The position numbers and the translations under genes are program-made. A DNA stretch of 64,000 bases from Tubulanus polymorphus. Its lineage: Eukaryota; Animalia; Nemertea. The notes beneath the pieces are model-generated. The model worked only from the letters and a program-made list of their open reading frames with translations. It was not told the DNA's origin and made no database searches. The DNA is taken from contig NC_134029.1 in NCBI RefSeq assembly GCF_964204645.1, positions 4,774,001 through 4,838,000 on the forward strand. The letters are read 5' to 3'. Shown here in pieces: positions 37,601-51,456 of the stretch. The first letter of the stretch is position 1; each line of letters opens with the position of its first letter.

Positions 37601-40600
37601 ATAGAGACGGGGTGTTTATCCTTGCCCCACTCCATGAGTCATTGGACCAGCTTTATAGAACACTTCCAATCAAAGATGGAGTCCTCTGAATTCCCCTTAT
37701 GACATCATCTGATTGCCTAAAATGAGCTTCCAGAAAACGTGGTTGAAATTACTGTAGCTGTAACCGATAATTAGATATTTCAAAATGGATTAGAATTGCG
37801 ATCTTTTGGCGCGCGTTTAGATTGTCCGGTCCTTGATTTCACATTCATCACTGTTCTCAGTTGTTGCGTTCGAAAAACCCGATAATCACCTGCGAAAATC
37901 TGCGTTTCATTTCCTTTAAAATGATTTAAAAGTTACATTTTTCAAGCAAGGCACTGCAGAGCTAATTGATATTCAATCAAAACTTATGTTTCAAAAAGAG
38001 CGAAAATTATCGCAACAATGGGGACCTCGAGGGACGACGACAAAATGGCACCTAGAAGCTAGAAATTTGTTATTGTTGTCGTAAAGGTTTAGAAGACAGC
38101 CATGTTTTATAGGGTTTCAGAACAAATAATTCAGCAATTTGAAGCTGTCAAGGAGGGCTCTAGAAAATCATTTTCCGTGATAGGAAACGCTATTCGTTTC
38201 GTATTTTTTATAAGTCTATTTCAGCGGCGTTTATACTTGAGAATTGCACAGTAAACATCTCGTTTTACTGCAATGTTTGTATTTGTTTCTCGTACGAAAC
38301 CGAATCGCTGGACGATGTAATTTTCAGCTTCACCGATCAACCGCACACAAAGCCGCATCAGACATCGCTGCTGCTGATAACGCGTTTCGAAAACATCCAT
38401 TTTACGCCGATTAACAAGCATAAAAGAATGATGAAAATAGGGTCAAAAATCGTTTGAAAATCAGAAACAAAAAATGGATTTCCATTCAGGTTTTTTCACG
38501 ATATTTGATTAAGAAGTTTTTCGTTGTAAAAAAAAAACGTCGACATCTTGAAAAGTAGTATATTGCGATGTTAATGAATTATCCATCGCTGATTTCTGAA
38601 TTATCGATTTTAGTTTATGTTCCTTTGTGGAACTTTGAAAAGAAATTTACAAATTTTTGTATTGCTCTTAATTCATCTAGTTTTACAGTGGTATATAATC
38701 ATTAGTTTTTCGCCAAGCCCACAACATAACAAATTCCAAATGTATATTGCCTGTCTAAAAGCTGTGTAGTTTCAGCCAATATTTTTGATTCATTCATCGG
38801 AATCGTGAATGCGGATTATATAGGTACGTTTTCATATCGAAAAACCACTTGCTGAAAAAGATAACCATGTAGCGTTTCATGAGCTTAGGGCAAGTTGGCA
38901 AAGTCTTGGCAGCTGTTTTCTGTTATTTTGATGTAATTTTTACCAATGGTATTGAATCAAAACCAGCTACACGGGTTAACAACGCGCTCGAAAGTATTTT
39001 CAAAACGGAGGAGCTTAGACCCATCATTCCCTTATCGCAGAGCTTTCGATTAGCCGCGCAGCGATCCGGGCGCCGGCATATTTTCATGTTTTTTTTATGG
39101 ATTGACGTTCGCTGATAAAGTGACACAAAATATAATCGAACGAACGCTCGGTATAAGGACGATGTGTATGATGATGTATGGGTCACTTATTGGTCAGAGA
39201 TGACCACAAATATAGCGCTGGACACTCAGTCACTCATAGAAGCGAATAGTTCAGAACGCTCGCATCATCAGTAGTTATGCACAAGATCGCTAATTCAGTT
39301 GTTTAGCATAGCATATAGGTTGAATGATTGCAGGAATTCGAAACCAATGAAAAAAAACTCATATCGTTGTTCACCATGGATTATGCCTGGAAAGCTGGTG
39401 CTATTATTTCAATCTTTATTATTCAGCAGCGCGAATATCTGAATTTTCTATAAGCGTCTGTCGGCGGGATCTCATATCTGGACATCTCGCAAAATAGACA
39501 AGCAAATCGGAATTCGATTCTGGGTTTTGTCGTTTTAAATCGGTTAAGTTGATCTACGTCAAAGCATAGAATTTAAATTTGAATAGAAGCAAATATCATT
39601 ATGTATACAGTACAATTCTTCAAAATTTCAAATCTTGTTTGTAATTTGCTTGAAAGCGATACCGCTCTATCAATAGACAGGCATAACCATCAGGGCTATC
39701 AATTTCGGGTGTAGGACAAGTCGTTCGAAAGAAAGCTATGCATTCTAAATTTTAAGAATCGGCAGAAGGGTACTTCAGATGAACGACCTGCTAGAAAATC
39801 GGCTTCTTGACGGCAGCACCATCGATTCTACTAGCCGCCCACACAAAAATCGCTCTCATCCGGTGATAAGATTTAGTTCATTTCAAATCAATTGAGCTCC
39901 AGAGACCTGTAGCTTCAGTTTCAACCACGTCACCTCTTCGCCGAGGAGCACATTGCTACCATTCCAATGTAAATTAAAGTCACTGCAGTCTATCTACAAC
40001 GGGCCCGAAAATGTTGTAATCTAACAGCTGCCGCGCCGAGGACTTTACTGAAATCAAACAGAAATCTAATTTCCGCGCATTGACATTATGTTCACTTGTG
40101 TACAGTGTTGAAAGTGATACAATAATTGATTGAAACTAACTAAAGCTGGTTATACACACTTCTCGTCAGCATCAATAAAAATCCTACAACCAGACTCAAT
40201 ATTTCAGACTAACGTTTACAGCTATATCTTATTGAGATTCATTTGACATTTGAAATAGCATTCCTGGGCATAACTAGTTCGACTTACTGGACCCTCGTTT
40301 CCTAGACAGCATTATCGACCTTTTACTCAATCAATTTCTGATCGAATGAATTCGTATTGAACGCTTTTTTTTCTCCATTCGCTCAATTCTCTATTCAAAT
40401 GAACAATTTTTAATCCTTATTACGTTTTGATTAATCTTTGTAAAGTCTTCGAATAAAACCTGTTTCAAGTCGACGTGTATTAATCCGTTGTTTCCAGATC
40501 GACTGCCGATTTCCCAAAACGTCAAATCAATCAAAGGTTAAATGAAGATAGGGGAAGTCGCTCCGTGTAATGCACCGATGGGCCTTTTTCGATCGAATAC

Positions 40601-42399
40601 AAAAAAAAACCGATTGTCGGAGATAACACCGGTTTGCGTGTGTCGTGGCTGGGGGGCTGAAAATGACATCAGATTGTAATAACGTCGTGATATATAAATC
40701 CTCAGTTGATTACCTAGTTTTATCGGTATCTGTAATTGTGATAAACCGATCACAGAGTTTCCACTGCGCCAACGACAGTGTACAATCAATGTCGCTACCG
40801 TTATATAAACAACTCGTATATCCGCCTAAATCGCCGACCGAATCCGTAAAAACACGAATATAGGATTTAGATGAAATAAGATTTTTCGATTTTTGCTACG
40901 CGTCAGTGTTGAGACATTTGTAATCGATCGTTTCGTCGCATAGACTCTAGACCAGGATTTTGAAAAAAATATTGTTCTTCATCATTATCTATGTATAGGG
41001 GTGAATTCCGACTGTTTTGGTCGCTATTTTCTGATTCGTGAAGACCATCGCAAAAACTACAAAAAAACAACGAATTTGGGTCAATACGAATAGAAAACGA
41101 ATTCTCTGAACGCCGATGACGTGATAGCTGCTGTAGACGTTGATATTAACTGTGACAGTGTGGCGGTTGTCAATTATAAAAGCAACTCGCTGATGATTTT
41201 GCGAGTGTCGTCTGCAGCGATTGAAAGCAGTTCAATCTATGAGAATGTTTGAAGAGGCGCAAAATTGCTCGCCGTTCGCACTCGTCCATTTAAAGTGACG
41301 CGAAGTTGTCGCGAAATTATGCACAACTGCAAATTAACGAGCCGAACCCGCCCGAAAGAAATCACGTTGAGAAACTTGTCGGACAGCAACTTTTCCATCC
41401 AGACTTTTGATGTAGGAATCGTGGAATTGAAGATTGTTTGACCTTACGAATGTTAATCAAGGCATTGAATAATATCGTTCTGGTATGATGATTCTTAGCC
41501 ATTCGGGATTCAGGAAGTGTCGTCCATCAACGTTGAATTCATTATTTCAACCCAATATTTGCTACAATATTGCGAAGTTGTCTAATCATAATCTATGGCC
41601 TATGTTCTATTCTTCGTCGCTTATCTGAATCCAGATTCAGATAAATGATATTGTAAGTTTAATTGTTTGAAGTTTCGCAAATTAAAGTCAAATTTCGCTC
41701 TTTATAATATTAGAATTCCAAAACATTCTAAGGCCTTTTCAATCATTATTGTAGCGCGAAGTTTTTGAAGAAAAAAATTCGAATGGAACAGGGAGGAAAA
41801 TTGTTTTTTGTTGTTTGTTTTTTGATCCACATAAATCTGGGAAGGACTTTAGAAATTAGTGAAAATTAATACAAATGATAGGAGGAAATTAGTTCGGAAA
41901 TTAAGACGGAAATATCGAGGAATTCTTTTTTTGTTATGACGAAAACAAGCCGGATGACTAGACTTAGACAGAGCATTTTTAGTTTGGTGTTTTTTTTCTC
42001 AATTCTGGGCAGGGGATCCGTACTGAAAAATTCAAAAAGTAATTAAAGAGGCCTGTGTAGAATGTTGTTAGTGCGCAGTCAAAGATCAGCCTCGGATATG
42101 AAAGAAACGAACTATAAATGGACATGGCTTTGTTCAAAGTACGGGTTTGGAGTTCGCCATCCGTTCATCGCGCTCACGGCTGGTAGTCGTGATCGCTGCA
42201 TCCGGCGAAACGCGCCGCCAAAATGACGCGTAAAATACCGCAGTGAAAACAATAAGTGACGTGTCAGAAATTTCTCATTAACGCATATTGCTCGTATTAT
42301 ACCTAGCGGCTACTGATGACAGGGGCTGAGACTAATGAGTCATTCGTAGCGGAGGAAAACATCGTTAAGACGCCTTATTAATTACGTGTGAACAGGTCA

Positions 42400-42635
42400 A
42401 GGTCAGGACTTCGAATTCAAACCCGTCTAGGCGCATACATTGGGACACCCGCACCGCTTCTGTGGCAATCGAGGATTCCACGTACGGCAGGCGAGGATCC
42501 GCCAGATTCGCTAGTAGTTAAACGGTCTTCCGCGTGCGATTTCCTCTACTTTTCACTTCAAACTGAATGAACTTCAATTATTCATGAAAACTATACCGAT
42601 ATCTGAGTAGAAAATGAATTAATTGTATATTTAGT
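42400..42635 (+). repeat. Diverged SINE-like repeat, copy 3
   Basis: Shares GGCAGGCGAGGATCC, CCGCGTGCGATTTCCTCTAC and AATTGTATATTT with copy 1. Confidence 0.6.
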
Positions 42636-44917
42636 AGGTTTTGTATATTTACTATGGCCGAGTATTCATCACGCCATCTGGTGGGATAGTTGGTGTTGCG
42701 AGTTCCCAAATCAAATTCGCTTTATTGACCACTTTAAGTTTACAACGAACAAATCAGCGGAAACGTGTCAATAGAATACAAGATTCTCACAATCTCTTGT
42801 CGATCCTTCTATTCGTTAATACGACTGCGATTAAGCGCTCATATACTAGCGGTATTATATATAAGACAGTGTTGCGAACGATATAATCAATTTACATGAC
42901 ATTTATGCAACATTTATCAGGCCAAAGTTTATTGATCATTTGACTAAATTTACCATCGAGTATTATGGTCGTCGCATTGACCAACGCTAAGATAACTGGT
43001 AAATTACGTATCTACTGTGTGTGATTCTATATTATATATGTCATTCTGCCCTGACAGACGTCCATTCTTCGCGTGTAACTTAGGAATATATATATGTATA
43101 TCTATACTGCCACGCAGAAAAAAATAACTTACATCATCCGTCACTGAGATAAATGTTGATATCATTCGTTCCACAATTTTGAGTTGCATTCAACTCAGTC
43201 TTTGGTTCATTTTCAACTTCTTGATATTTGTGAATTGAACATTTGACCAAATAGAGTTAGCTAACGCACATTTCTAGCATTGGATCCGAGCTTTTAATTG
43301 AAATTAGATACGACATATAAAGGAATAAGTTAACTACACGTCTTTAATCTTGTTTACCTCAGTAGAACCGATATATAGAGGCAAAATGATTAATAACCGT
43401 ATATTCTATATATATCACGGCTGAAAAGATTGGTTTTGTCGAGAGCAGATCTCGAGACGCCGATGACTGCTGAAGTGGCTATATATAAATACATGATTCC
43501 TATCACGGGGAATGTCATATCCGGATAGAAAATAATGCTGTAGAGAATCCTATGCAGGCGTCACATTACTAGAGGCCTTAGAAGTTTAGCTCGGCTTAGT
43601 TAAGTGCGATGCGCGGATAACACAATCAGGAATAACGACTGGAAGACAACCTTCCCACGAGGCGGATTTTTGTCTGTTTCGAAAACGTAGTTATTATCAT
43701 ACTCAATTATAGATTATAGATTAGGCTTTCTCACCGAAAATAACTTTTTATTGTTTTTTTTTCTCATCGCGTGGTTGGGAGAAAGTGTGGCGGATTTGCA
43801 AACTATCTATTGCATTAAGAGACAGGTGATATAAATATAAGATCACGTATGGCTTCGATATCCGATTTGATTGAAGCCACCGTCATCATGTTTGTATCTA
43901 ACCGACCGAACATGATATTTGCTTCTGTCGATGCCGGCGTAAACTAGTCATTTTACTTTCTTGTTACCGGCGATATGTACATCTTTCCCACTGACAAGCA
44001 CATGACTGATTGAAGTACAGTGACCTTCTGACCATCGTTCCTCGTCGTTATCATAATATTCCGATGTATTCATTGTTTTTTGTTCCGTTTTCCGTTCGGT
44101 CCCTGTCACAAAAAAGAAGGTCGACGCGATGTTTATTCATAAGATAAAGTAGTCTGCATACATCGGAATGACATCCTTCCGCGAACTGACAAACGATACA
44201 TGCCGACGGAGAGACACTGTATTCGAGAAGAACCAGTGTAGGCTAAATGAACTTGAATATGCCAATATCTTCTAAGCTATTTTGAGTTTTGTTTGTTCCC
44301 ACCCAGGGATAGTATTGATGGATAGTTCGCGTGCATTGGCTGATCTAATTCGTTCATCGATTTGTAAAAAAAAAATTGTATATCAATCTTGTATTTTTAT
44401 TCGGGCTTTATATCACTCCAATCCGACAATAGTGTAGACAATATTGTCGATTTATGAACGGCAAGAAATAAGACATTTCAACGTACGCGCATACATCATT
44501 TTCGGTATAGCTCTGTCTTGTCACCTTAACATACGCGTTTCTCTGAGCGTCAGCGCCGATGTTTATCTAAATCTGACGTCGGTTTTTATACAAATATGGC
44601 TTTAAAATATTTTCTCTCTTTTTCTCTGGAGGCGCTAGCAGATTATATGACTGCGGGCTGACACTGCTGCATAAACAAATAAACTATACGACGACTCAAT
44701 ATAGAAAATATAACTCGGTGACGTCGTCGGTGTTTGTCACCTAGGTGATTTTTCAACGCGTGGTTTCTGCAAGAATGAACGACATAGATCTTAAACCAAG
44801 TGAAAAACAATTCGAAATCCACATTCGATATTTATTTTCGTTCGTTGGATGAGAAAATGACAAATTTTCGTATGAGAAATCGTTTAAATGTATTTTGTTT
44901 TATGTATTTGCAGCGAA

Positions 44918-47900
44918 ATGAAGGTGCGGTTGGTAATCGAGCGAATTTTTGGAGTGATCTGCACCGCATATCTGGTGTATTGTCAAAGTTATCATGGTAA
45001 GTCGGATATAACCAAAATGATCCCATCATTATCATCCCATAGCCAGCTGTCGTGGAACACAACGTCCTCTAAATGCGGGTCCCTCGGAATGCTAAAAATC
45101 AATTATCAGGCTGATAATTTTGAGAATTAGAATGAGATTTGTATTGTTGGAATCTAGGACTTTCATGAATCCAATAAATATGGCAACATGTGTCTTGTCT
45201 GATATTGACAACGTGACTCGAGCAAATCACTCATATCCGCTAGGGTAACTATATCCCAAACACATCGCGTACTAATATCCGTTCTATCATCTAGATTTTA
45301 ATCATTCTGAAATAAAATCTGCCGATTTTCAGATCGTGGCCACTATATAAGTTCCCCCTGTAGAGACTTAAGAAATACATTTTAACTTTAGTCGATTGAG
45401 AATAAGGCTAAACAGGTTTGCCTGATTTTTAGCTTTTACTAAACACAGTTTGACGAATAGAAGTGACTCGAAATGCCTTACCTAGAGGACTCCTACGAAT
45501 CACGGGTAGACATTTTCTATTTCCATTTCAATAACTAGTATTACGATTACAAACCATTTACTTATAAGATGTCGATATTCAATTCTAATATAAATCAGAA
45601 AAGTGATTTTAGATTAATCTTCGCACACTATGTGCATCAGCTTTTTCGGTTTTCGTGTAGTAATTATTTATCGGGAAATATTCGCGAACCTTTGTACCGT
45701 TTTTATCGGTTGTGTATAATCTATAGCGATTCACAGTTGGCAATGATGTGAACGCATTGACCGTACAGGCCCCCGTCAACAGCTGTTACTGATATAGATC
45801 TCCAATCGCTTCTTTTCTTTTTGAGATTATTGAAAACCACGCATTCTCTTTCTAGTACAAAAATAAGCCGCCTTCTATGTATTCGTCGATTGCTAGATCG
45901 ATGCCCATATATTCATCTTCAATGTTTAGAAAAAAAAAATTTGCAAGACCTATATTGCTTGTACATACGGTTTGAAACGACGGTTTATGCGAATATGGAT
46001 TTTGACATAGAAACATGACTCGCGTTCGACCTTAAACTTGTCCAGTTAGAAAACGATTTTTTTGACTGAATAAACTGATTAAAAAAACTACGTATTAATT
46101 TAGCACAATCAAAGAGGAAATAGGTAACTACAAAAAGAACTCACGAATGTCCGAATGAATGAAAATCAAATAAAACTTGAAGAAGTAATTTTCAGGTCGT
46201 TTTGACCAGGATGTGGACCCAAGCCGTAAGTAGATATAATATGTGCTTGCATGACGCTCTCCGGATAACCTTATACTAAAGACCCCGGCTTTCACTGGCT
46301 GCTTATTTCCCCTTTGTTTGCAATTGAATCATTTCAAATACCTAGAATCTTCTATGCAAAAAGGATTTATGATTGAATTGAGTAATGTGTTTGGATGTAA
46401 CGTGTTCGGATCGGCTTCCAAATGAAGGCATTCTGAGCATGAGCTTGTTACTGCGACGGCAATCATTTTACCAGACAGATTGTCAGATTTCCACCAATTA
46501 AAATGATATGGCGTGCATGTCAAATTACTGAGAATCTATCGTTCGTCATTACAGCTTTTCTTGGTCTTGTATTTGTGTTTGCTAAATGTATATGCGTGTA
46601 ATTTGTGTGCTTTTAAAAACTATCGCTCACGACATCACCGCTGTGTACCGCTTCTGACACCCAAATCCCGGCGCAGTTTTATTGTGAGAACATTCCATAT
46701 TATTCTTATCCAAAGTTAACGGGATTTATTCATTCATCACTATCAACACATCCCGTATATGCCTGTGCTTGAACCCGGTTCACTGTTGTGAATAATCTCT
46801 CTAAGAGTAAGATTTGGTTCACTTTCGATTATTTTCAACTCATATACCGCTTATACTCTGATCTTGCACGTAATTCTAATACCCCCAGTATAAACCAGTG
46901 CAAAAAGATTTTTTGAAATGACTAACAACGAACAGTTTTAAGTTAGTTTTAGCACGTGATTTCCGTGCGTATTGCGTATAGCCTTTTGTTTGTATCGCAT
47001 CAAACAATCACCTGGGTAAACTATTCTATTTCATGCGCACCTGAGCCACAGGCTTTAGAGCGAAAACATCAGAAAAATCGCGAAATATTTAGTGCCGAGT
47101 TTAAAGACAAACTATAATGAAATTCCATATCGTACAAACAGTGAAATAAGATTCATGCGCATTCATGGTTTAGAATGAAAATATGTCTGTTTAACGAATG
47201 ATGTTGATTTAGAATAGACACATTAAAATCTATATGCCTTTTTGAGCATTTTCAATTCCCCGTGCATATTGCATGGAACAAATCTAATTCACGTCACTCA
47301 AGCTTGTTCTCGTATTGCTAACGTAATTTGCACGATTTACGCGATAAGTGGGATTTCGAATTGGTTTTTGATGAAACGAAACTATTTGAACCCGCGTAAC
47401 AATCCGATTCAACTGATGATATTCGTCGAAATCTGATTTATCAAATGCGTCGTTGTTCGGGCGAATGAAAATATTATATTTCTATACGCGCTATCTCGAA
47501 GTATCAAAAACGTCAAATCGCTCGAAGATTTATCACCTCCATTTTTACGTGTACCTTACACTTTCTACGCATTGCGTACGATTCTAAATGACAATCTATC
47601 ACAATCTTCCAATCATTAGAACAGCCGTTTCGTGGATAGCTGATAAATCTGAAGCCGCCCGCGTTCACGCACGCAGATGATGAAATTGCTATTGTTTGTG
47701 CCTGGCACATATTATTCGATCGAATATGACCAACCCGCGAACGAATGGAAGCCAGAACCCTTGGCGAATAATGGCTACTTTAGTTGTAACGCCATTTGAC
47801 GCGCTGCTAACTAGGGGAGAGGGCTCTTATTGCCAATCACTGGCATTTGATGTCACAAGCGTAAAAATATAAAATGCCCACCTAGCCTGCAGGAGGTCGG

Positions 47901-50900
47901 TCTACTCATGTTAGAAGACAATTTGCTCGTTATTCGTTTCGTTCAGTTGTGATTTAAGATCATGATTATAACAACGTACGGAACCTTATATCCCAAATTT
48001 CCACCTTGAACTAAACTAAAAATAAGAAATGAAATACGGTACACCATTGCGTTAACACTACACATTGAAATTATGCTTATACTTAAAGCGAAGAAATCTA
48101 CAAAAAGACATTTTCAAGAATGTCATAAGAAAATTTTAATTTCAAAATCAGATTTTGAAAATGGCTCATAGATTTGAGTCCAAACGTCAGACTCACTCCT
48201 AGTTTTTTTCATCTTATCATGGGTTTTTCGCTTTATCGATATCAGAAGTCACTTGTCTATGCAAACGAAAATGCTTAGATCGAACGTCGAAAGCGCGTGA
48301 ATCGCGAACGAGAATCGGCGATATGCATAAATTACTCGGTACTCGCTCAATCATAGAACCAATAACAGGTCATAACAGACAATAAAACCCTGATCGATAT
48401 ACGTTCGATTATCGATCGCGAATTGTCACACGCCAATAAGGTTAACGTCTCTATACAGCACCCGATGTAGGAAATAAGCCGTGAAATTACTTAATCAGCA
48501 CCGCGTGAATTTATACATCAATTTTCGATGAGAAATTGCACGAGTTTCTTTTACTCCCGTCGCCCTGTGAATTGTAAGCCTAATTGTACATTACTTAGCG
48601 ATTTGTTCAATATCGGTTGGTCGTTATTGAAACGGCCAGGGGATCCCGCTAAAGATTCATTCGAGGTTTGCATGCCCCAGAGTGATTACAGCACATGTAG
48701 AAACTAAAATAGTAAAAGTCACGATGGCCTCAAAAGAGAGTCCGTTGGGTTGAGTCTTTTGATTTCAATTCTTTGACCAATAGATTTCGTTTTTAGTCTG
48801 TCCTATATTTACCTATTCTCAATTCAATTAAATTTCAAATTATTTCATAAGAAAATATGACATAAAATGCATGAATATACAGTAATCCATTTTGAAGAAA
48901 ATCATTTACAAAAAAAGAACAAAGTTGACGGAGAAAGGCTCTCTTATGAGGGCCAAGCCAAATTGCCGCTACTACAAGCAAGCACAGTGAGTCTGAGCAT
49001 GGACGTATAAATCTAGTTTATACGTCCATGGTCTGAGTGAAGCGATTCTAATATCATAGATACGTATACAGTACGTCTAATCTAACGTGCGCCCTTACAC
49101 GGGTCTATTCGTTTTGAAAAAGTCGCTTTCAATAGATTAGCGACTGATTTAATTGATAGGGATTTATGGACAGTGTTCAGCGGTAGGCCTAAGCTTCTAT
49201 ACTCGCCTATACGGAAAGAAAAACCGACACGCCGCAACGCTCACCGATCACTGTCGGATTAAATCGAAGACATTCTCTCCCTTCGTCTGCGCTTGTCAAC
49301 GAGTTAATTAATTAACAACCTGCTTATGCAGGGCACACACTGCGGCGCAAATAAAAACCGACGATTAAATTCGCATTATAACATCGCTTTCAGCGTTCAG
49401 GGATTATTACGCTTGTAAATGACGAGCGCGTGCACGTCAGGCAGGCGTTCTATGATAGATACACAGATAAATAAGAGGAAAAAAGTATCCCACGCTCAAT
49501 GCCTATGTGAATTATAATACTTTTTTACTGCGTAATAAAACTGTGACATTTAACGTCCCATCCCTCGGCAAATTGAAATGAAATGGATGTACATGTACTT
49601 TCATAGCTGCAGCACTGTCATCCCGTGCAATGCTTTCCTAATTCGGAGCGAGATTACCCGCTTCTTGTGCCCGTGTTTGTCGTACATCTGGCCTCCATCA
49701 ACATTCAGCCCTTCATAAAAATGTATTTTGCCATGGTATGGTTTAATTACTTATCAACGGAAATCAAAGCTTTGACAAAGTTCACCCAAGCGCAGTAATG
49801 AAGGTAAACATATTTTGGCCGAAGAACTATGAATTATGGACACAGGATAGTGTTCATCGTTTTGGAATAGCTCGTCGCTCGGCAATCGTCGCTATGACCT
49901 CGATGTTAATTACTATAACGTGCTTACACTTACACTTACAATTTCAAATGGCATGCAGTACAATGTCAAGAGTTCAATTTAAACTGCCAAGAACAGAACC
50001 GTCCATATTAAATCATTACAACTATTCCATTTCAAGCAATTCATAATTCTAAGTCAGGGTTGGACACTAATTCATAATTCATAGATAATTGTCCATATCA
50101 CTATAATAAGTAAGTAGATAAGAATTTAAAAGAAAATTGAAAATAGACGAAGAACTTGTTACAAAAAAAATAAGGAAAAAGGAAAAATGGGAGAAATTCA
50201 GGCCATATAAGGATGAAATTGATATCGGAAATTTGTGAATGGTTAATGAATACATATTTACGGTTGAAATATGATTACACAGCGTGTTGCGTTCTCTCGC
50301 TCGCTCGGGAAACGACGCACGGCTGGCGGCGGCTGAAAGCAGCTCGCGCCGCAATAACACACGGAGCGGGTCTAAAGACACAGGCGGCAGTACTGAGGCG
50401 TCTCAACCAGTAATCACTATCGCATCACAATCACAACATCAGAAGTTCTTCAGTTAACAACTCCACTCGATGTGATGAATAGAGTGCGCGATACGCAAAA
50501 TTTATCGCGTTGAAAATCGTCGTCGTTTTTCATTCGCTAAGTATTTGCGTATGCCATTTTGAATCTTCGCTTTCACCGGAAGTGATGACTTCCACTGGCG
50601 CGGGCGAACATGCCTCCTCGTCGTAAAGATCTTTCGATACGTCTGAAAATCTTCATCGTCATTTTCAAATTACGCAAAATCTTCAAACACGTTTATCGCA
50701 GACGGTTTCTATCGAAGAAATAGAGACGGGACAAATCCGAAAAACCGCGATAAAAAAGGAAATTTGATACGAGAAAAATAACAACAAAAGACGAAAAAGG
50801 AATATGGATTTCTTTGTAGAATTATAATATGATAACGCGTTTTTATACAGGAATATGTTAGATTTGAAAAAAAAACAATTTCGGAATACATCATTGTCGG

Positions 50901-51456
50901 AATTTAAAATGTTTTAACGCTTGATTTTGGATTACGTTATTATTTAGAATATCATTTATTTCATTTACGCGCTTGAATATCTAAACGACTGAATATTCAT
51001 GAATTATTATCCATCATGTTAGCCGTGTATTTAGTTTTGCTAATACTTCTCAACGGGTCCAGTCTGTTCGGCGCTTATATACCGGACGAGCAGCGACTGA
51101 TGTCGATGTTGTTCAGAAATTACGAACCGGCGTCCAGGCCGGTTTACAACGCCTCCAGTACCGTGCTCATCAAATTCGGAATTACCATGACGCAAATCTC
51201 AGATATGGTAAGTCGATGTATAGTCGTTTACGTGTTGTTGTTTCTCTTCGTTTCAGAAATCGAAAAACACAAACCGAACGAAAGTCCGTCGGTTCATAAG
51301 CACCACGCCGTTAAACGGAAACATAAGATCCCCGACGAGCAGAGATTGCTGATGCGTGTGCTGAGAAACTACGATACGGCGGCGAGACCGGTTTATAACG
51401 CTAGCGATACGGTGCGGGTCCGTTTCGGACTCACTATGACCCAAATAGCTGATATG
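44918..51456 (+). CDS. Nicotinic acetylcholine receptor subunit, isoform 1, 5' part: signal-peptide exon 44918-44996 spliced to 51257-51456; remaining exons not found in this window
   Basis: MKVRLVIERIFGVICTAYLVYCQSYH ends at G|GTAAGT (phase 1) and joins the phase 1 acceptor TTTCAG|AA at 51257, giving ...IPDEQRLLMRVLRNYDTAARPVYNASDTVRVRFGLTMTQIADM, the N-terminal helix and first strand of a Cys-loop receptor. Confidence 0.8.
48998..49030. mobile_element. 33-bp P-element-type remnant (excision footprint)
   Basis: CATGGACGTATAAA-TCTAG-TTTATACGTCCATG, flanked by the 7-bp direct repeat GTCTGAG (48991-48997, 49031-49037). Confidence 0.75.
51016..51207 (+). CDS. Nicotinic acetylcholine receptor subunit, isoform 2 first coding exon (own signal peptide)
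   Basis: MLAVYLVLLILLNGSSLFG signal peptide followed by AYIPDEQRLMSMLFRNYEPASRPVYNASSTVLIKFGITMTQISDM, ending at ATG|GTAAGT in phase 0. Confidence 0.85.

Noticed and set aside
42310-42360. CTGATGA motifs as hammerhead ribozyme cores (here and elsewhere)
   Set aside because: No properly spaced stem II plus GAAA with closing stems was found.
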